This document shows positions 30,315 through 39,733 of a stretch of 64,000 nucleotides of DNA, in pieces (position 1 is the stretch's first letter; each line of letters starts with the position of its first letter). The position numbers were made by a program, and so were the translations under genes. The DNA comes from Nannocystis bainbridge (lineage in GTDB: Bacteria > Myxococcota_A > Polyangia > Nannocystales > Nannocystaceae): NCBI RefSeq assembly GCF_028368995.1, contig NZ_JAQNDL010000001.1, positions 192,001 to 256,000 on the forward strand, read 5' to 3'. Under the pieces are notes generated by a model. That model did not search any database, was not told where the DNA came from, and worked only from the letters and a program-made list of their open reading frames with translations.

Positions 30315-30392
30315 CTCGATGGTCTCGGAGACATGTCCTCTCGAACATGTCCTTCGCTCCAGGTCCCCGGGGACATGCCCCGAGGACCTGCG
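30315..30392. repeat. 14-bp periodic palindromic array between convergent genes
   Basis: Cores at 30318, 30332, 30346, 30360, 30374, 30387. Confidence 0.85.
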
Positions 30393-30404
30393 CGGAGCGG
30401 CTGC

Positions 30405-31223
30405 CTACTTGCCGGCCTTGACGCGGGCGTCCGCGCCGTCGGGCTTGTAGAGGCTCTTGAGCGGGATCGCGGACGGGGTGCCGTCCTTGCCCTCGGCCCA
30501 CGAGAGGCCGACCACGATCGGGGCGGCGGTGTGGAACGAGCGCAGCTCGAGCTTGTACTCGCCGGCGTCGAGGCTGACGAGCTCGCAGACCTCGCCGGCC
30601 TCGGTCTTGACGCCGTCGTTGTCGACGATCAGCGTGTCCTCGATGTAGAGCTGGCTGCCGTCGTCGCTCGACGTGCACAGCTTGTACTCGGCGGCGTTGA
30701 CGACGTTGACCGTGCCGGTGAAGCGCAGCGCGACCGGGGCGGCGACGGTCTTCGGCAGGCCGGCGACGGGCGCGGCGGCCGAGGCGTCGAGGCCGTTGGC
30801 GATGAACAGCTTGGACGGCGAGAGACCGGCGAAGTCCGGCAGCTTCTCGGTGGTGGCCGGGATGGTGAAGGCCTCGCCGAGCAGGCCGTTGGGGCTGACG
30901 ACGCGGCCCGGCTTGGGCTTGGCCGGCGCGGGCGTCTCGGGCTCCTCGGCCTTGGGCGGCTTGCTCGCCGCGATGCGCTTGACGACCTTGGGACCGACGG
31001 AGGCGCCGCGCGTGGTGGTGGAGTCGCGGCCCTTGATGGCCGGCTCGCTGCCGTCACCGTCGGCCGGCGTGCTGCTGCCACCGTTGCCGCCGCTGGGCGT
31101 GCCGACGTCGTAGTCCACCTTGCCGGCGTCGGGAGAGTTCGATTGCGGCGCGTTCGCCGAAGAAGAGGCACAACCAGCGAGCAGCCCAAAACTCGCCACC
31201 AGGATCACGGACGTGCGAAGCAT
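30405..31223 (-). CDS. PA14-domain lipoprotein
   Basis: Lipobox LAGC; SSDDGSQLYIEDTLIVDNDG PA14 motif. Confidence 0.85.
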   Translation of the reverse strand: MLRTSVILVASFGLLAGCASSSANAPQSNSPDAGKVDYDVGTPSGGNGGSSTPADGDGSEPAIKGRDSTTTRGASVGPKVVKRIAASKPPKAEEPETPAPAKPKPGRVVSPNGLLGEAFTIPATTEKLPDFAGLSPSKLFIANGLDASAAAPVAGLPKTVAAPVALRFTGTVNVVNAAEYKLCTSSDDGSQLYIEDTLIVDNDGVKTEAGEVCELVSLDAGEYKLELRSFHTAAPIVVGLSWAEGKDGTPSAIPLKSLYKPDGADARVKAGK

Positions 31224-31523
31224 GAAAATCCTCTGGAGGTCAGAACGTGGCGCCTGTGACGACGCCTTCGGCGCAGGGATTCAGGCGGGTATGGGCCCGC
31301 GAGAACGGGGAGTCTGCGCGCCGGGAGTGTACGGCCCTGTATTGATTCGCGGTGGCGAAAACGTTCGGGGTCCGCGCGACCCCAGCGCCGCAGTGCGACC
31401 TGTGAGCCGCATCACTGCTCTCGTGCTCGGCCAGGAGCCCCGGGTCGAGTATCCACAGTCAGCCATGTCCAGGACGGAGGCAGCCGGGCGCGACCGCGCC
31501 GGACAACGCCGCGGAGGCGGCCG

Positions 31524-33152
31524 ATGACGCAATTCCTGGCGTTCATCCTCCTGATCGGCCCGCTGATCTTCGTGCATGAGCTCGGCCACCTGCTGGCCGC
31601 GAAGCTGGTCGACGTCAAGGTCGTGCGCTTCTCGCTCGGCTTCGGCCCGGCGCTGGTGCGAGTCCAGCTCGGCGAGACCGAGTATCGGATCGCTCCGATC
31701 CCGCTCGGCGGCTACGTGACGCTGCTCGGCCAGTCACCCGACGAACCACTGGCGCCGCACGAGGCCCACCGGGCGCTGCGCAACCGCCCGCTGTGGGCGC
31801 GTTACCTGGTCCTCGGCGCCGGGCCGCTGTTCAACCTGCTGCTGCCGCTGCTGCTCTACTTCACGTTCTACCTCGGGCACACGGTGATCCCGCCGCCGGT
31901 GATCGGCACCGTGCTCGACGACTCGGCCGCGGCCACCAGCGAGCTGCAGTCCGGCGATCGGATCGTCGCCATCGACGGCACCGACATCCGCTCGTGGGGC
32001 GAGATGCAGGACCACGTGCGAGCGGCGCCCGACCGTGAGGTGAAGCTGCAGATCGAGCGCGACGGGGTCCGCTTCGACCGCTTCGTCACGCCGCGCCGCA
32101 GCGTGGTCAAGAACGCCGTCGACGAGCCCGAGGCCCGCGGCATGCTGGGCGTGTTCCCGTGGGTGTACGCGCCGCAGATCGGCATCGTCGACACCCGCTC
32201 GGCGGCGCACGAGCAGGGCCTGCAGACCGGCGACATCATCACGTCGATCAACGGCGAGCCGATCGCCACGGTCGAGGATCTCGAGCGCGAGCTGACGCGT
32301 CAGGGTACGGCGCTGCTGCGCTTGACGTACCTGCGCGCGGTGCCGGTGCGCAGCGAGTTCGGGACGTACTGGTGGTACGCGTCGCACCACGCGCGGCTGC
32401 TGCCACGTCACGAGGGCGGCGCGACCGGCCTGCTGCCGGCCAACACGTTCGTCCGCACGGTCGCGTCCGGTTCGCCGGCGGCGCGCGCCGGGATCGCACC
32501 CGGCGATCGCGTGCTCGCGGTCGACGATCGCCCGGTCACCCGCTGGGAGACGGTCGCGGTGATGCTCGATCGTCAGGGCACCAAGCCGCTCGACCTGCGC
32601 GTGCAGTCGCCTGGTGAGGCGCCGCGCACGGTCCGCGTCGAGCAGGAGGTCCGCACCCACCGCGGGATCTACAAGCAAGAGCGCAGCTACCTGTTCTTCG
32701 GGGCCGATCCGTACGCCAAGCGCGAGGTGCCGCCGCCCGAGCCGATCCGCGGCCGCGTCACCTACGCCGTGCGCTCGGCGATCGACGAGACGCTGTCGAT
32801 GCTCGGCATGATGTGGACGAGCTTGCGGCAGATGGTGACGCTCGAGCGCGGGGTCGACGAGCTCAGCTCCGTGGTCGGGATCTTCAACGTCGCCGGCACC
32901 GCGGCCGAGCAAGGGCCGGGTCAGTTCCTGCTGCTGATGGCGCTGCTCAGCATCAACCTCGGCTTCGTCAACCTGCTGCCGATCCCGATCCTCGACGGCG
33001 GGCACCTGATGTTCTTCACGCTCGAGGCGCTGCGTCGCCGGCCGCTCGGTCAGCGCGCGCGCGAGGTGGCCAGCGCCGTCGGCCTGGTGATCATCCTGGT
33101 GCTGCTGCTGATCGCCCTGCGCAACGACATCACCCGCTTCTGGATGGACTAG
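31524..33152 (+). CDS. rseP: RIP metalloprotease RseP (three PDZ-like domains)
   Basis: HELGH, IPLGGYV, AGPLFN, NLLPIPILDGG. Confidence 0.95.
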   Translation: MTQFLAFILLIGPLIFVHELGHLLAAKLVDVKVVRFSLGFGPALVRVQLGETEYRIAPIPLGGYVTLLGQSPDEPLAPHEAHRALRNRPLWARYLVLGAGPLFNLLLPLLLYFTFYLGHTVIPPPVIGTVLDDSAAATSELQSGDRIVAIDGTDIRSWGEMQDHVRAAPDREVKLQIERDGVRFDRFVTPRRSVVKNAVDEPEARGMLGVFPWVYAPQIGIVDTRSAAHEQGLQTGDIITSINGEPIATVEDLERELTRQGTALLRLTYLRAVPVRSEFGTYWWYASHHARLLPRHEGGATGLLPANTFVRTVASGSPAARAGIAPGDRVLAVDDRPVTRWETVAVMLDRQGTKPLDLRVQSPGEAPRTVRVEQEVRTHRGIYKQERSYLFFGADPYAKREVPPPEPIRGRVTYAVRSAIDETLSMLGMMWTSLRQMVTLERGVDELSSVVGIFNVAGTAAEQGPGQFLLLMALLSINLGFVNLLPIPILDGGHLMFFTLEALRRRPLGQRAREVASAVGLVIILVLLLIALRNDITRFWMD

Positions 33153-33889
33153 TGACGACCTGGCTGCTCGCGCTCGACACCTCGACGCCGCGGACAGCGC
33201 TGGCGGTCGGTCACATCGACGCCGCGACCGGCAGCGCGCACGCGGTGGCGGAGGCGACGCATGACGATCGCGGGCGCCCGGCCTCGGCCGAGCTGGCAAC
33301 CCGGATCTCGGCGCTGCTGGCAGCGGCCGGCGTGGCGCCGCGCGAGCTCGGGGCGATCGCCTGCGGCCTCGGGCCCGGGATGTTCACCGGCAGCCGCGTC
33401 GCCCTGGCCACCGCCAAGGGGCTGGCGCTCGGCCTGGGCTGCCCGCTGTTCGGCCTCAGCACGCTGGCGATCGTGGCCGGTGCCGAGCGCGTCCGCGGGT
33501 CGGTCCTGGCCCTGCTCGACGCCCGCCGCGGCGATGTCTACGCGGCCGCGTTTCAGCTCGGCGACGCGGGGCCGGAGCGGCTGAGCGAGGATCGCTGCTG
33601 TCCTTTGGAGCAGGTGCTGGCCGAGCTGCCGCCGGCGTTCGTCGCCGAGGCGCGCGCGGTCGGCCCCGGCGTAGCGGTCGCCTCCGCCCTGCCCTCCGAG
33701 CTGCTCGCGCGCTCGCTGGCGGTCCCCGGCGCCGACGCGCCCGGGCTGTGGGCCGCGGCCGCCCGCGCGGCGCTGCACGAGGCGCCGGTCGACGTCGCCA
33801 CCGTCGACGCGGTCTACCTGCGCGCCAGCTACGCCGAGCTCGGGCTCAACACGCCCAAGCGCCCGCCGTACCGCTCGCCGTTCGTATGA
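33152..33889 (+). CDS. tsaB: tRNA threonylcarbamoyladenosine biosynthesis protein TsaB
   Basis: LLALDTST, GPGMFTGSRV, DARRGDVY. Confidence 0.9.
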   Translation: MTTWLLALDTSTPRTALAVGHIDAATGSAHAVAEATHDDRGRPASAELATRISALLAAAGVAPRELGAIACGLGPGMFTGSRVALATAKGLALGLGCPLFGLSTLAIVAGAERVRGSVLALLDARRGDVYAAAFQLGDAGPERLSEDRCCPLEQVLAELPPAFVAEARAVGPGVAVASALPSELLARSLAVPGADAPGLWAAAARAALHEAPVDVATVDAVYLRASYAELGLNTPKRPPYRSPFV

Positions 33890-33960
33890 CCGCACGGACA
33901 TGCTCGATCGAGCATGTCGCTTCGCACATGGTCTCGTGGACATGTCCTCGAGAACATGCG
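33885..33960. repeat. 14-bp periodic palindromic array between convergent genes
   Basis: CATG exactly 14 bp apart at 33899, 33913, 33927, 33941, 33955. Confidence 0.9.
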
Positions 33961-33985
33961 CTGCGTGCGTCGCCCGCCCCGGGCG

Positions 33986-34834
33986 TCAGAACGCCACCGA
34001 CAGCCCGCGGCCGCCGATCGCCAGCGCGGCGGCGGCGCGGCGGCGCTGGTCGCCGATGATGAGCATCGGCAGGCCGGCGGTGAAGGCCGTCGCCCCGGTG
34101 ACGATGCTGAGCGCGGCCGAGGCGTCGCGCTCGCGGCCGGCCATGCCGACGCCGAGGCCGACCACCAGCAGGCCACCGGCCATCAAGGCGACGCCGAGGT
34201 TGGTCCACAGCTTGCCCCGCTTGCCCGAGCGCGGCGGGATGGCGGGCACGTACGGAGTATCGAGCGGGGCGGCGCGGGCCAGGGCGCCTGGCTCGAGGAT
34301 CCGGTCGGAGAAGACATGTCCTTCGGGATAGGCGATGACCGCGCTGAGCGTGACCGAGGCGGGGGCCGGGGCCGCGGGGCCGGTGCACACCGAGCCGGCA
34401 GCGCGCAGGCGGGCGTCGACGCGGACGCGGGCGCCTCGCAGCAGGGCCACGGCCGCGGGCGTGAGCACGCCGGCAGACTCGAGCAGCCGCGCGTGGCGGA
34501 CCAGCCGGAGGTCGGCGGCGCACAGCAGGTCGGTGCGCGAAGGATCGTCGGCCTGGGCCTCGGCGGCCGCCTGCACGCCCTTCTCGAGCGGCTCGTGGGC
34601 GCTGCCGAGGAACCGCTGCGGGGCGGCGCTGCCCGTGAGGCGATCGTGCGCGCGGAAGTAAAACTCGGCGGCGCTGGCGTGGGCCCCCTCGGCGGCGCGC
34701 TCGTCGGCGTAACCGGTGAGGTTGTCGCTCCACAGCACGCTCTCGTGGACTGGGCCCTCGGCCGGCCGCGCCGCGACGGAACTGGCGCTCAGCGCCACCA
34801 CGAGCCCACAGGCGACCGCCCGGACACCGCGCAT
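33986..34834 (-). CDS. Hypothetical exported/membrane protein
   Basis: Signal peptide, two C-terminal hydrophobic segments, terminal Phe. Confidence 0.6.
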   Translation of the reverse strand: MRGVRAVACGLVVALSASSVAARPAEGPVHESVLWSDNLTGYADERAAEGAHASAAEFYFRAHDRLTGSAAPQRFLGSAHEPLEKGVQAAAEAQADDPSRTDLLCAADLRLVRHARLLESAGVLTPAAVALLRGARVRVDARLRAAGSVCTGPAAPAPASVTLSAVIAYPEGHVFSDRILEPGALARAAPLDTPYVPAIPPRSGKRGKLWTNLGVALMAGGLLVVGLGVGMAGRERDASAALSIVTGATAFTAGLPMLIIGDQRRRAAAALAIGGRGLSVAF

Positions 34835-34942
34835 GCCCACCAGCCTACCGCCGGTGACGCGAGGGCGCCAGCCGGCGGCGCGTCGCCGCAGGCCGTGACT
34901 GCGCCGGCCGACCGCGCGATGTCGGAGTGACGCCGTCGTCGC

Positions 34943-36178
34943 TCAGCCGCGCAGGTGGGCCAGCAGTTGCTCGACGGTGTTGCGACGCGGATCTTCGAGG
35001 ACCCAGTCGAGCAGATCGACGAGCGTCTTGCCGAGCTTGGGACCGGGCGTAGCCAGCCCCTCGCGCACGAGGTCGTCGCCGCCGATGGCCAGCTCGCCGA
35101 CGGCCAGCGGTGCGCCGCGGATGGCCTCCTCGATCGTCACCGCCTGGGCCCACTCGCTCGCGTGCACGACGGCGGCGTCGGCGGCGTACTTGCGCCCGAG
35201 CTTGGCCAGCGTGCGCCGCAGCAGCAGCGGGTCGTGCGAGCGCGCCAGCGGCTCGAGCGCCGGGTTCGTGAGCGCGAGGACCCGCGCCCGCTCGTCCCGG
35301 CTCGGGCGCAGGTCGTCGATGATCTTCTCGATCGTCCCCCGCTCGCCGCGCAGCGGCCACAGCAGTCGGGCCAGGCGGGTCACCGGGTCGCGCGGCATGC
35401 GGTCCACATGCTCGATCGCCGCGGACTGCTCCTCGAAGCTCAGCGGGGCGAGCACGCGGGCCCAGATGCCGGTCTCGGCCATCGGCAGCAGGCCGAGGAT
35501 CGGGCGCGCGGCCGCCAGCAGCTTGAACAGCTCGACGTGGACGCGCTCGCGGCTGACCTTGTCGAGGACGTCGAGCGCGCCGCCGATCGCCGCGGCGGTG
35601 TCGAGGTCGAGCCTGTACTCGAGGACAGCACACAGCCGGACCGCACGCATGGCCCGGAGGCCGTCCTCCTGGAAGCGTTGGGCCGGGTCGCCGACGGCGC
35701 GGATGACCCCGCGGCCGAGGTCGCCGAGGCCGTCGAAGCAGTCGGTGAAGATCTCGCGGATGGGGTTCCAGGCGAAGGCGTTGATGGTGAAGTCGCGGCG
35801 CGCGAGGTCCTCGCGGAGGTCGCGGAGGAACCGGACCTCGGAGGGGCGCCGGCCGTCGTCGTAGCGGCCCTCGCCGCGGAAGGTCGTGATCTCGGCGAGG
35901 ATCCGGGCGTCGCCGCGGCCGTGGATGACGGTCACCGTGCCGTGCGCGACGCCGGTCGGGATCGTCTTCTTGAACAGCGTCTGGACCTCTTCGGGCGTGG
36001 CGCTGCTGGCGAGGTCCCAGTCGCCGTGAGTGCGGCCGAGGAGCACGTCGCGGACGGCGCCGCCGACCAGCACGGCCTCGTGTCCGGCGTCATGAAGGAT
36101 CTGGGCGATCTCACGGAGCGCGGCAGGGATGGGCGCGGCGCGCAGCAGGGCCGCCGCCTGCGAAGGCGTGGGGGTCAT
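34943..36178 (-). CDS. cca: tRNA nucleotidyltransferase (CCA- or A-adding, class II)
   Basis: LVGGAVRD, DWDLAS, EDLARRDFTINA, RFQEDGLRAMRAVR. Confidence 0.88.
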   Translation of the reverse strand: MTPTPSQAAALLRAAPIPAALREIAQILHDAGHEAVLVGGAVRDVLLGRTHGDWDLASSATPEEVQTLFKKTIPTGVAHGTVTVIHGRGDARILAEITTFRGEGRYDDGRRPSEVRFLRDLREDLARRDFTINAFAWNPIREIFTDCFDGLGDLGRGVIRAVGDPAQRFQEDGLRAMRAVRLCAVLEYRLDLDTAAAIGGALDVLDKVSRERVHVELFKLLAAARPILGLLPMAETGIWARVLAPLSFEEQSAAIEHVDRMPRDPVTRLARLLWPLRGERGTIEKIIDDLRPSRDERARVLALTNPALEPLARSHDPLLLRRTLAKLGRKYAADAAVVHASEWAQAVTIEEAIRGAPLAVGELAIGGDDLVREGLATPGPKLGKTLVDLLDWVLEDPRRNTVEQLLAHLRG

Positions 36179-36242
36179 GCCACCGACGTTATCACTCACG
36201 CGGCCGGGTTCGCACGCCGGGGTGCTATGGTTGACCGTGGCC

Positions 36243-36632
36243 ATGGACTTCCCGATCCGGATCACGCCCCTCCTCCGACCCCTGCTCTTCCCGCTCCGGG
36301 CCTCGGGTGAGCGCGCGGCGGTGCGGATCGGCGGCGGACGGGTCGAGGTCGAGTTCGGGGTGTTGTTCCGCGGCAGCTTCGCGCTCGAGCAGATCGAGCA
36401 CGTCAGCCGCTCGACCTGGCCGTGGTGGAGCGGCCTCGGTCTGCGGCTCGGCGCGCGCGGCCGCGTGGGCCTCGTCGGTTCGCTCGAAGGGGTGGTCTGC
36501 GTCCACTTCAACCGCCCCCAGCGCGTCCGCGCGCCGTTCCCGTGGCGCTGCCGCGAGCTCTACCTGTCCCTCCACGACCCCGACGGCTTCATCGCCACCG
36601 TCGAGGCCGAGGCCCACATGGCCGCGGCATAG
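36243..36632 (+). CDS. Small hypothetical protein (PH-like fold possible)
   Basis: Divergent from cca; -10-like TATGGT upstream; LYLSLHDPDGFI C-terminal pattern. Confidence 0.6.
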   Translation: MDFPIRITPLLRPLLFPLRASGERAAVRIGGGRVEVEFGVLFRGSFALEQIEHVSRSTWPWWSGLGLRLGARGRVGLVGSLEGVVCVHFNRPQRVRAPFPWRCRELYLSLHDPDGFIATVEAEAHMAAA

Positions 36633-36644
36633 GACGCCGCCCGC

Positions 36645-39425
36645 TCAGCCCTTGCAGGCGGCCCAGTTGGGCCCCTGACCAGCGTCGACGTGCAGCGGCA
36701 CCTGCAGCTTGTCGCCCGCGGCCCCCTCCATCAGCGGGCGCGCGAGGGCGATGAGCTCTTCGACGCGGCCGGCCTCGCACTCGAAGATGAGCTCGTCGTG
36801 CACGGTCAGCAGCATCTGCACCCACGGCTTGTCGGCCAGCGCGGCGTCGACGGCGATCATGGCCCGCTTCATGATGTCGGCGGCGCTGCCCTGGATCGGG
36901 GTGTTGCGAGCGACCCGCTCGCCGGCGGCGCGTGCGGCCCCCTTGCGCGCGAGCTCGGGGATCCGCCGCCTGCGACCGAAGATGGTCTCGGCGTAGCCGC
37001 GCGCGCTGGCGAGGTCGATGAGATCCTCCATGTAGCGCGACACGCCAGGGATCTTCTCGAAGTAGACCTTGATGTAGCTGCCGGCCTTGCCGCGCGGGAT
37101 GCCGAGCTGGCGCGCGAGGCCGAACGCCGACTGGCCGTAGATGACGCCGAAGTTGACGGCCTTGGCGATGCGCCGCTGCTCGCCGGTGACCTCGGGCTCG
37201 GGCACGCCGAACACCTCGGCGGCGGTGCGGCGGTGGACGTCGACGCCGTCGTGGAATGACGACACCAGGTTCTTGTCGCCCGAGAGGTGGGCGAGGATCC
37301 GCAGCTCGATCTGCGAGTAGTCGAGCGCCACCAGCAGCTTGCCGGGGCCGGCGACGAAGCCCTCGCGGATGCGCCGGCCGACCTCGCTGCGGACCGGGAT
37401 GTTCTGCAGGTTGGGGTCCTTGCTCGAGAGCCGGCCGGTCTGGGCCACGGCCTGGCGGAAGTTGGTGTGGAGGCGACCGGTGACCGGGTTGATCTCGTTC
37501 GGCAGCGAGTCGAGGTAGGTGCCCTTGAGCTTGGTGAGGCCGCGGTACTCGAGGATGAGGCCGACCACCGGGTGATAGGCGGCGAGCTCTTCGAGCACTG
37601 CGGCGTCGGTCGAGTAGCCGGTCTTGGTCTTGCGCCCGGCCTCGAGCCCGAGGTCCTCGAACAGCAGCTTCTGCAGCTGGGTCGGCGAGTCGGGGTTGAG
37701 GTCGTAGCCGGCGTGCTCGGCGATCTGGGCCCGCAGCGCGGCGATGTCGACGCCCATGGCCTCGCCCTGCTTCGAGAGGACCTCGGCGTCGACGCGCACG
37801 CCGGTCTCCTCGATGCGCTGCAGCACGCGCACGAGCGGCATCTCGAGCTCGTCGAACAGGGACCGCAGGGCGCTCGACTCGTCGAGCTGCGGGCGCAGGT
37901 GCTCACCTGTCTTCAAGGCCAGCTCGGCGCGCTCGCAGGCGTAGGCCATCGTGCGATCGACCGGGGCGCGGGTGAAGGTGACGGCCTTCTTGCCCTTGCC
38001 GAGCACGTCCTCCTGGACGCCGGCGGTGTAGGCGAACAGGTCCTTGGCCAGCTCGGTGAGGTTGTGAGACGCGCGCGCCGGGTCGAGGGTGTACGAGGCC
38101 AGCTTCGGGTCCATCACCAGCGGGCCGAGCTCGACGCCGTGGCGGCGGAGGACGATGGCCTGGAACTTGGACCCCTGGGCCACCAGCGGCAGCGCGCCGG
38201 CCATCAGCCGCCGCAGCTGGGCGGTGATGATGTCCTTGGCGACATGTTTCACGAGCAAGGCGTCGCCCTCGTGCGCGACCGGCAGGTAGGCCGGCGCCGG
38301 CGCGCCTTCGCCTCCCGGCGCCAGGGCCACGCCGACCAGCGCGGCCCGCATCGAGTCGGCGACGTCGACGACGATCTGCAGGGCCAGGCTCTTGCCGTGG
38401 GCCAGGGCGGCGTCGACGTAGGCGGTCAGCTCGGCCTCGCTGGTCAGCGTCTGGTAGCGCGACTTGTCGAGGATGAGCGGGGCGCCGGGGCGCAGCTCGA
38501 GCGGGCCCTCGGGCGGCTTGTGCTCGATGGCCTTGCCGCGCAGGCCGAGCAGGCTCTTGAACCCGAGCGGACCGAAGAACGCCTCGAGCGTGGCCTGGTC
38601 GCTGCCGCGGTCGACCAGCTCGTCGAGCGGGCGCGGCAGCGGGACCTCGCAACGCAGCTGCACGAGCTGACGGCTGAGGCGCGCGTTGGCGGCGTGCTCC
38701 TGCAGGGCCTCGCGGCGCTTGACCTGCTTGATGCTGGCGGCGCCGTTCAGCAGACCCTCGAGATCGCCGAACTCCTCGAGCAGCTGGGCGGCGGTCTTGG
38801 GGCCGATGCCGGGCACGCCGGGCACGTTGTCGGAGCTGTCGCCGGTGAGCGCGAGCAGGTCGACCAGCTTGGTCGGCGGCACGCCCCACTTCTCGACGAC
38901 CTCGGGCGGGCCGATCAGCTTGGACTTCATCGAGTCCCACATGAGGATCGGCTTGCGCTGATCGTCGCCGGCGTCGACGAGCTGCATGAGGTCCTTGTCG
39001 GTCGAGAGGATCACGACCGAGCGCCCGGCCTTCTGCGCGGCGTGGGCGTAGCAGCCGATGATGTCGTCGGCCTCGACCCCGGCGACCTCGATCACCGGCA
39101 GGCCGAGCGCGGCCGTCGCCTGGCGGACCAGCGGGATCTGGGGCACCAGGTCCTCGGGCATCGGCGGACGGTGAGCCTTGTAGGCGGGGTAGAGCTCGTT
39201 GCGGAAGCTCTTCTCGGCGTGGTCGAACACGGCGATGAAGACCTCGGGCTGGAACTCCTTCCGCATGGCCTGGATCATGCGGACGAACCCGTGCACGGCG
39301 TTGATCGGCGCGCCGCCCGGGGCGCTCAGGCTCGGCATGGCATGGAAGGCGCGGAAGATGAAGTTGTTGCCGTCGATGAGGAAGACGCTGCCAGGGCCGC
39401 CTTGAGGACGCGCGTTTGTGCTCAC
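36645..39425 (-). CDS. polA: DNA polymerase I
   Basis: LIDGNNFIFRAFHA, EADD, TGRLSSKDPNLQNIP, DYSQIELR, KAVNFGVIYG, VHDEL. Confidence 0.98.
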   Translation of the reverse strand: MSTNARPQGGPGSVFLIDGNNFIFRAFHAMPSLSAPGGAPINAVHGFVRMIQAMRKEFQPEVFIAVFDHAEKSFRNELYPAYKAHRPPMPEDLVPQIPLVRQATAALGLPVIEVAGVEADDIIGCYAHAAQKAGRSVVILSTDKDLMQLVDAGDDQRKPILMWDSMKSKLIGPPEVVEKWGVPPTKLVDLLALTGDSSDNVPGVPGIGPKTAAQLLEEFGDLEGLLNGAASIKQVKRREALQEHAANARLSRQLVQLRCEVPLPRPLDELVDRGSDQATLEAFFGPLGFKSLLGLRGKAIEHKPPEGPLELRPGAPLILDKSRYQTLTSEAELTAYVDAALAHGKSLALQIVVDVADSMRAALVGVALAPGGEGAPAPAYLPVAHEGDALLVKHVAKDIITAQLRRLMAGALPLVAQGSKFQAIVLRRHGVELGPLVMDPKLASYTLDPARASHNLTELAKDLFAYTAGVQEDVLGKGKKAVTFTRAPVDRTMAYACERAELALKTGEHLRPQLDESSALRSLFDELEMPLVRVLQRIEETGVRVDAEVLSKQGEAMGVDIAALRAQIAEHAGYDLNPDSPTQLQKLLFEDLGLEAGRKTKTGYSTDAAVLEELAAYHPVVGLILEYRGLTKLKGTYLDSLPNEINPVTGRLHTNFRQAVAQTGRLSSKDPNLQNIPVRSEVGRRIREGFVAGPGKLLVALDYSQIELRILAHLSGDKNLVSSFHDGVDVHRRTAAEVFGVPEPEVTGEQRRIAKAVNFGVIYGQSAFGLARQLGIPRGKAGSYIKVYFEKIPGVSRYMEDLIDLASARGYAETIFGRRRRIPELARKGAARAAGERVARNTPIQGSAADIMKRAMIAVDAALADKPWVQMLLTVHDELIFECEAGRVEELIALARPLMEGAAGDKLQVPLHVDAGQGPNWAACKG

Positions 39426-39539
39426 GCAGCGGGTTCTACCACATGCGCGCCGCCCGTCGACCCGGTCCCGGCGCGCGCGGCGATCCGCGGCGCCGGAGCC
39501 GATCTGCGTCGGCGCACGTCATGGCCGCGGGGGAGCGCA

Positions 39540-39728
39540 CGACCTGTCCTTCGGGGCAGGTGCTTGGCGACCTCGGCCGCGAGCGACATGAAAGGATCCC
39601 GACCCATGGCCACCTCGTCCGCGGCGGCTCTGCGTCGACATGTCCTCCGGGACATGTGATGCGAGCGGGCTCGGCCTTTCGACCTGTCCTCAGGGCCAGG
39701 TCCAGGCGACCTGTCCTTGGGGACAGGC
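39540..39728. repeat. 14-bp periodic arrays (three sub-blocks) downstream of the kinase gene
   Basis: Cores 39543/39557/39571; 39639/39653; 39683/39697/39710/39724; perfect units at 39641-39654 and 39712-39725. Confidence 0.85.
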
Positions 39729-39733
39729 GCGGG